NCBI GenBank assembly: GCA_963706325.1
Contig: CAVPLT010000001.1
Location: forward strand, 448,001-512,000
Direction of reading: 5' to 3'
Source: an uncultured Nitrospiraceae bacterium
Lineage (GTDB): Bacteria; Nitrospirota; Nitrospiria; Nitrospirales; Nitrospiraceae
Length of the DNA: 64,000 bases
Part shown: piece by piece, positions 57,144-64,000 of the stretch
How positions within the stretch are numbered: the first letter of the stretch is position 1
How the letters are laid out: each line of letters begins with the position of its first letter
The notes under the pieces: model-generated
The model's database searches: none
What the model was told of the DNA's origin: nothing
What the model saw: the letters and a program-made list of their open reading frames with translations, nothing else
Program-made: the position numbers and the translations under genes

Positions 57144-58468
57144 ATGATACAGGCTTGGATGACGCCCTGGCTTCTCGTCGCCATTCCGTGCCCTCGGCGC
57201 GGTCCTCAGCCTGCTCTGGTGGTCCTCGCTTCACCGGATGAAAACCTGGGGCGCTCACTCACCGCGATGGCGAGCTTGCTCGCGTGATGGCCCTGTCGTG
57301 GGTGCAGGACCGAGTCGCTCGCCGGCATGCCGTTACTCTGCCTGCTCCCATTGACGGCGTTCCTCTCGCTGCTTGGGACAGCCGCTGCACCCGGATAACC
57401 GCGCTGGCCTGGTCTGTCGACGTTGGTGCTGTTGGGATTGGGATTGGGAATTCTGACCGGTCAGGAACTGCCTCGCAGCTTCATGCTTGTCATCCTTCTT
57501 GGGCTTTTCTGCGGCTTGCATCTCTCGTTCGCGGAATGGCGCCTCCCTGAAGTCTGGCGAGCGCTGGCGATCCTACGGCCTGGGCATGGCCTCGGCCATG
57601 CTGTCCCTGGTTCTCCCGAGCACCGGCGTCCACAGTCGCTGTCCTGGTCACCTGTGCGACCCTCCTCCCTCTGTTTCCTCTGCACGGAGGATTCGTCGCG
57701 AGCCCTCACCGGATTGCCGGGCAATCTTCCCGCGTTTGCAGTCGTGCTGTTGCCCGTGGTCGGCTTTCACAGCCTCCTGCTAGGCTGCTTCCGAACCTGA
57801 CCGGAGCGATGCTTCCAACTCGTGACCATTCTGGCGCTGGTGGGCGCCTGTTATGGTTCGCTCCTGGCATGGATCAGTCACGCGTCCTCTCTCGCCTCGC
57901 CTACGCAGGCCTTGCCTTCTTGTCAATACTCTGGTGGTATGTCGCAGGCACGGGAACTGCGCCCGTGCAAACCACTGGTGTACCTCAGCGCCGTCGGCCT
58001 CGCGATGAGCGGGCTTTTGCTCGCCTGGTACTCGATTCGGGCTCGCTACGGCGACATCGACGTGCGCTCGCTTGGCGGCATTGGCTTACCCTATGCCGCG
58101 CTTCAGTACCCTGCTGTCGTTGCTGGCACTCGCGGCCCTCGGCATGCCGCCCTTCGGTGTCTTTTCCGGCTTCATGGGCATGCTGCTCAATCCTGCCTTC
58201 TCTCCTTCGGGACCGTTCGCCGTCATCATGCTCGTCTGGCTCAGCGCATCCTGGTACTTTCTGGATACTGGTGCAATCGGTTGGTCTTCGGCCGGCAACG
58301 GCCGGATCTGCGGTATGAAGACCTGCACCAGACGGAATTCGCGTCTCTCCTGATGCTGCTGGTTCTCCTGTTGGCCCTCGGCATCGCTCCCTTCTCGACT
58401 CTTTCAGTCGAACGCCACCACTCCATCGGAGGCTGTGGCGATCAAGGCTGCCGACATGGATCCAGTAG
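57144..58468 (+). CDS. Second proton-translocating (NuoM/MrpD-like) membrane subunit, many frameshifts
   Basis: GGAGG RBS; hydrophobic fragments incl. LAALGMPPFGVFSGF. Confidence 0.65.
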
Positions 58469-61400
58469 ACACAACGGACCACAGACCGGACCTCGAAGCG
58501 CGACGTATGGAGTTGCGGGGAATGATTCGCCTCGCCAGCGAGGTGATCGCCCAATACTGGCCCATGCGGACGTTCGTCCACCACAATCCGCTGCATAGCC
58601 TGGAGTATCTTCCGTTCACTGAGACGGTTCGTCGCGGCCAACAGTTCTTGGGAGGGCAGCGGCTATCTTCCGGGTGAACGTGTATCGACGCTATCTGAAG
58701 TCCGGCAGGATTCAGGTCCCCACATCGAGGAAGCATTGGCTCCGCTGGCGCGTGATCAGGAAGTGACCCTCGGACCCTGCAGCATTTCGCACCGTGAGGT
58801 GTTGCGGGCCTGCATGACACACGGACTGTCCACGTCCATGCACGAACCGCTCGATCCTCTGATGAGACGCGAGCCGAATGAGGAGCAAATCGAAGCTCTG
58901 GCCGAGCGCTTGGTTCCTTTTCGCGCCGACCGTCAAGGAACGCATGACCACCACGGTCCGCGAGGACTGTGGCCGCGTTGGGACGACAATTGACCCTCAC
59001 GGTTGGTGCGATCAAACGCTCGGCACCCAGATCGTGAACCAGATCAACGGCGAGTTGATCAAGTGGTGTGAGGCCTTTCTGGACGAGGGACATGCCACCT
59101 GGTCGATGCCTGGGACGGGAACAGGGTCTCTACGCGGCGTGGAAACGACTGGCGGTGAAGCGAATGGACGACTTGCGGTATCGCGGAGAGTCGCCGGAAA
59201 ATTGCATCCGCTGTCCGGAGCATCCCGAGGACACGGTGTTTGACTGCCTCGAAGCGTTGGCGATTCCCGCGGAGTTCCGTCACGATTACCTCTCGCTCCA
59301 ACTCGCCGCCCTTCCCGGTTGGGCTGGATTCATCAAATGGCGTGCGGAAGAGGACGCGCTATGCCTGGCAACAGGCCTATCCCGTCGGACTGGTCAAGTT
59401 TCTCGCTGTCCGCTTGTGGTACGTGCGCGAACTGGTCCAGAAAGTTTGCCAAGAAGAATTGGGTATCGAGGGAAACTATCGCGCGAGTCTCAACCTATAT
59501 GGAAGCAGCATCCCCATGCCTACTTCATGCGTAAGGAACAGGCCGCGGGACGGTTGCCGCCCGTCTATGCCGAACGAGTCGATCGCCTCCATGCCCAGAC
59601 GCAGCAGGACGCCAGGCGATCGGCAGCCTTGTCGCACGAGTGGGAACAGCTCACGCAGCAGTACCAGATGGAATTCGGATCGCCATCGCGAGCAGGCCGC
59701 GCGCCGAGTCATGGCCCGACGTCTCCTCACTCTCGCCCACGCGCTCGAGATCGTGCCCAGCCGTGTTGATGGAGGTTCCCCGACCGACCTTCGCGTGCTC
59801 GTGGATTGGATGGAGGCCTTTCCGGAATCGGCCCATGGCCCCGTGTGGCTCAAGGCCTTCGAAGCAGGATATCAGGACCATCTGTTCGGCATGCTGCTGC
59901 GCGCGTCGGCCAAGCCCCAACCGGCCGGTCCCGGAACATCAACCGCCGGTGCGGCCCCATTCGCAATCGGTCTTTTGCATTGACGTCCGGTCTGAGCCAT
60001 TCCGCCGCCATTTGGAATCGACCGGCGCAAACGATACGTATGGATTCGCCGGATTCTTCGCAGTCTTCATTCGGTATCGAGCATGGGGCAAGGAACATGA
60101 AACGGAGCAGTTTCCGGTGATCATGCGCGCGAAGAACGAAGTACGCGAGATCCCCCGCAGCTATCTGGATCACTACGTGTCTCAAGCACCAGTCACGGGC
60201 CAAACTCGTCCATGCCGGACATACCCTGTTGCATGATCTCAAGGAAAATGTCGTCACGCCGTACGTCATGGTGGAGTCGATCGGGTGGTTCTACGGCTTA
60301 CCCATTGTCGGGAAGACGGTGCTTCCCGCACTGTACAAACGTATCACCGACTGGGTGCGGCGTCTGTTTGTGCCGCCGATCGCCACCAGCGTCACGGTGG
60401 ACAAATTCGCCCCGGCCGAGACCGAAGAGATGCTGGTCGCCGAACAACGCGCGCTGATATGGAAGGCACTGCGCGATCGGCTCAGTCTCCATGGATCGCG
60501 GGTCGATCCCGAGTTCGTCGAAGCGTTACGACGGCGGGCACTGGACGAGGATGCGCCGGTCGAGCCCTTCTTGAGCAACGCGGCCAAGTCCGTCGGATCT
60601 GTCTGTGCAGAGCAGCTGACGGCGTTTCTCGAGGAACTCCGGGGGCACTACCGGATCAATCGCCGCGCGGCTTCTCGCCAGAAAGAACGGATTACGCGCA
60701 CCGGGTTCACCATCGAGGAGCAGGTCATCACCGTTGAAACCGCCTTGCGCATGATGGGCTTGATCAGGAACTTCGCGCGGCTCGTGCTGTTCTGCGCGCA
60801 CGGAAGCACCGACCGAGAACAACCCGTTCGAATCGGCCCTGGACTGCGGCGCCTGCGGAGGGACACGAAGGGAAACCCAATGCGCGTGTGCTGGCGGCGA
60901 TGGCAAATCGACCGCCGGTCCGAGAACGGCTGACAAGGCGTGGCATCGAGATTCCATCGGATACGCACTTTCGTCGCCGGACAGGTGGACACGACGACCG
61001 ATGAGGTGCAGCTGTTTGATCTCGAAGATGTGCCGCCGACACACCGCAAGGACGTGCGCCCGGTTGCTTGATGACTTGCGAGAAGCCGCCCAATTGACGA
61101 GCCAAGAGCGCTGCACGCGTTTCCCGGATGTCGAACGCCATCCTACCGGTTGCCCGAGGCGCGTCTCTGTGGACGGCCGGAGCGCAGACTGGAGCCAGGT
61201 GCGGCCCGAGTGGGGCCTCTCCAGCAATACGGCCTTCATCATCGGCCGACGAGATCTGACGAAAGGACTCAACCTGTCCGGACGCGTCTTTCTGCACTCC
61301 TACGATTATCGCGAAGATCCGACCGACCGTTGCTCGAAGTGGTGCTGACGGCGCCGCAAGTGGTGGCGCAGTGGATCAATATGGAACATTATTTTTCAGC

Positions 61401-61741
61401 CGTGGACAATGATGTGTACGGAAGCGGCAGCAAGATTTACCACAACGTGGTCGGGCGCGTCGGCGTCATGTCCGGTCCGTGGAGCGATCTCCGACTCGGG
61501 CTGGCGTGGCAGACCGTCATGAACGACGAGCTGCCCTACCACGAACCGATGCGCCTCCTGACGCTGGTCGAGGCGTCGCGCGCGCGCATCGAGATACTCA
61601 TCGCACGACATGAGGTGCTGCAACATTTTTATCACAACGAGTGGGTACACCTGGCCGACACTGGACCCGGAGGACGGAACGTGGTACCGCTATGTACCGT
61701 CCGGTTTCTGGCGTCGGGTCAGGAATCCGGCGGATACGTGA
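58456..61741 (+). CDS. DUF2309 / DabA beta-carbonic-anhydrase-like subunit, many frameshifts
   Basis: WPMRTFVHHNPL, LPGWAGFIKWR, FCIDVRSEPFRRHLE, GFAGFF, HGS, DCGAC, DWSQVRPEWGL, FLHSYD, QWINMEHYFS, YHEPMRL. Confidence 0.9.
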
Positions 61742-61796
61742 GGCACGGGCTAGACATCATCGTGTAAGATTAGGCTTTTTTCAAAGGAGTTGACAT

Positions 61797-62138
61797 ATGG
61801 GCGGACTGACGTTGCATCCCATGAAAGAAATCCGTGTGATCGTGTCGGGTGACAACCGCCCTTCGTGACCGAGCTGTTGGATAGAGTGGAGGCCACCGGA
61901 TACACCATCATCGGCAATATCTCCGGGAAGGGCCATCATGGCGTGCGAGAGGCCCACTTCATGTTCAGCGAACAGGAGAGCCTGGTCATGATCATGACGG
62001 TCGTGCCGGAAGAAAAGGTGGAACCGATGCTCGCCGGGCTGCGACCGCTATTCGAACGATACTCAGGCGTCATGTTCGTCTCTGACGTGACCGTGAGCCG
62101 GCGTGAGTACTTCGGCGAAGAAGGCGCCCAAGTCCTGA
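61797..62138 (+). CDS. PII-like (SbtB/DUF190-type) signalling protein; frameshift near 61860, end approximate
   Basis: AAAGGAG RBS; MKEIRVIV...ATGYTIIGNISGKGHHG...VMFVSDVTVSRREYF. Confidence 0.8.
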
Positions 62139-62346
62139 GTCCACCGTCCCGGACCCCGCTCCTATCAGAGCTCGCGCGACGATGGGCTGAACCTTGTCTT
62201 TGTAGTACTGATTGTCTACAATGTGCGCGGCTTGACCTGTAAGAGGAAGGACAGGACGTGAAGGGACTTACGGTTCGAACGGCTCGGACGAAACCGCCAT
62301 TACAATATCATTTTCCACATCGGCAGCAGCTATGTACCGGTAAGCG

Positions 62347-62529
62347 ATGACACTATCGAAGAACTTAAGTCCCAATACTCTACTGTCTTCTGAACGCTTC
62401 CTCGAACTCCTCGTCGACAAAATCGGTTACTCCAGCTACCTGAAGGCCCAGATCCGCTCAGAACTCCAAATCGCCGGCGATCCGATGACTCAGATTACGG
62501 TCCTGCAAGGCGCCATTCGGGAACTGTAA
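62347..62529 (+). CDS. Small hypothetical protein (60 aa)
   Basis: Coding supported by a diverged second copy at 63270-63429. Confidence 0.6.
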   Translation: MTLSKNLSPNTLLSSERFLELLVDKIGYSSYLKAQIRSELQIAGDPMTQITVLQGAIREL

Positions 62530-62811
62530 CGCGCGTCCCTCGTCCATTCTCACCATCCGTATATTCTCAACCTTCAATGAACCTCTCGCTTGCGTCTCCA
62601 ACGGGAGACGCGGCTCAAACGCCTGTCCATTCACGTCGAATCAGCTACTCATGTAGCGGCCGTCCGCATCGCCGGAGATGTACGGAGAATGCAGGGATGC
62701 GGCTATATATCAATCCTTTCCATTCGGCTCGTCATTCTCGAATCGCGCGCTATACTTCAGACAGGTCATTTGGAGTCACCATCACAGCGTCGATATACGG
62801 GACTCTCGAAA

Positions 62812-63207
62812 ATGCAGAATACCAATCGTACGCATGCATTGCAGACTATTCCCGCTAGGTTAGATGAAATCCTCCTGACCCGCATCGCCTCGGCTGTACC
62901 GATCGTGCTATTCGCGATGGCATTGTTTATCGCATCCTTTGCGGTGATCCGGTATCTGGATGCCACGGAGCAAACCGATATCAGTCAGACGGATAGGTTT
63001 TACCTGACACGCCTGAATGTAGAACTGCAGGAACCATATCGAGCGTATCGCCACCATCGTGTGTACCCGGAGCCCGCCGCCCGATGGGTGCTAGAGGAGC
63101 GAGAGCTCATGGAACTTCAGCAGTGGATCAAGCAGCACGACCTCGTTGTTCAGGCTGCGTTGGCTGGGGAAACCGGGGCGGGATCAGTCAAAAACTGGCT
63201 GCATTGA
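62812..63207 (+). CDS. Hypothetical single-TM protein
   Basis: One hydrophobic helix; start uncertain. Confidence 0.5.
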   Translation: MQNTNRTHALQTIPARLDEILLTRIASAVPIVLFAMALFIASFAVIRYLDATEQTDISQTDRFYLTRLNVELQEPYRAYRHHRVYPEPAARWVLEERELMELQQWIKQHDLVVQAALAGETGAGSVKNWLH

Positions 63208-63269
63208 GACAGCACCGGCTCCGGATGGTATCACGCAGGCGGTTGAGGACGAGACACTCGATGCAATGA

Positions 63270-63429
63270 AGACCAGACTTTGCTGACCTTAAAGCACTTC
63301 CTCCACCTTCTCACCGACAAAGTCCCTTTACTCTCTCTCCCTCAAGGAGCAGACCCGCTCGGAGCTCAAAATCGCCGGAGATCCGATAACACTGAGACTT
63401 CCCCCTCCAAGGCGTCATCAGAGCTGTAA
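63270..63429 (+). pseudogene. Degenerate copy of the 62347-62529 ORF
   Basis: Aligns by eye (RSELKIAGDP vs RSELQIAGDP, same EL-TAA end) with frameshifts. Confidence 0.7.
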
Positions 63430-63626
63430 TCTGCTATTGAACATTCTCTCCTGCTTCGTGCTCGATTCTAAAATCTTCAATGTGCCCTAGCCGGCACCCT
63501 TTCGGTGTTTTCCCTTCAGTCTTTTTGAGCAACTATCGACCAGCCCTATCGTCAAGGTTGAAGGCCGCGCTGCTTAGTTTTGTGACGCCTGTAGCCTCTG
63601 GGAGACATCCTTTCTGTCGTCGTTGA

Positions 63627-63655
63627 TTGATCCCAAATTGGGATCATGGTAGACT
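63627..63655 (+). promoter_or_regulatory. higBA promoter with overlapping palindromic operator
   Basis: TTGATC-N17-TAGACT; perfect IR TGATCCCAA-A-TTGGGATCA at 63628-63646. Confidence 0.7.
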
Positions 63656-63660
63656 GCCCC

Positions 63661-63954
63661 GTGCGCATCATCGCGAAGCGGACTCTAGGCACATTCTGGA
63701 ATCGGTACCCGCGCGCGCGAGGACCTTTAGAAGCCTGGCATCAGGAAGTGGTTCATGCAGACTGGACAAGCCCGTCGGAGCTTAAAGCTCAGTTTCGCTC
63801 AGCGAGTGTGCTGCAAGGCAGCCGCGCGGTGTTCAACATTGCAGGGAACCAGTACCGATTGGTGGTGAAGATTAACTACGCCTATCGGATTGTCTATATC
63901 CGTTTCGTCGGCACCCATCAAGAGTATGACCAGATCGATGTACACACCGTCTGA
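63661..63954 (+). CDS. higB: Type II TA toxin HigB
   Basis: MRIIAKRTL..FW...LEAW...W...VFNIAGNQYRLVVKINY..VYIRFVGTHQEYD. Confidence 0.92.
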   Translation: MRIIAKRTLGTFWNRYPRARGPLEAWHQEVVHADWTSPSELKAQFRSASVLQGSRAVFNIAGNQYRLVVKINYAYRIVYIRFVGTHQEYDQIDVHTV

Positions 63955-63969
63955 CAAGGTGCAGAAGCC

Positions 63970-64000
63970 ATGAATATTTCTCCTATCAAAACCAAGCGGG
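63970..64000 (+). CDS. higA: Probable antitoxin HigA, 5' end only
   Basis: MNISPIKTKR directly after higB; position and N-terminus typical. Confidence 0.7.
   Translation, partial: MNISPIKTKR

Overview
This is a 64 kb bacterial chromosomal segment of moderately high GC. Gene content and an intergenic repeat suggest Nitrospira/Nitrospirota, which is an inference. Most of the window is housekeeping or conserved-hypothetical genes (murJ, LemA/TPM cluster, xth, leuCD, corA, msrA, tldD/tldE, ettA, selO, ilvA). Two accessory blocks stand out. (1) A GC-richer defence island at about 18.1-30.8 kb encodes an SNF2 helicase, an AAA/DUF4143 ATPase, a Type III Mod, a four-helix-bundle protein, a YhcG/DUF1016 nuclease and a Type III Res. 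It also holds small repeat architectures: inverted octamer arrays bracketing the four-helix-bundle gene, an in-frame inverted heptamer hairpin inside mod, and a 23-bp-period TTGCAA array. (2) A DAB-type inorganic-carbon transporter operon at about 55.4-62.1 kb (NuoL-like, second membrane subunit, DUF2309, PII-like) is followed by a duplicated small ORF and higBA. Both blocks carry many indels, probably assembly errors. Two candidate cis-regulatory RNAs were found: a leader-peptide attenuator with an atypical Met/Ala-rich peptide before ilvA, and a structured leader with an intrinsic terminator just before the DAB operon. No rRNA, tRNA, CRISPR array or integrase was seen.
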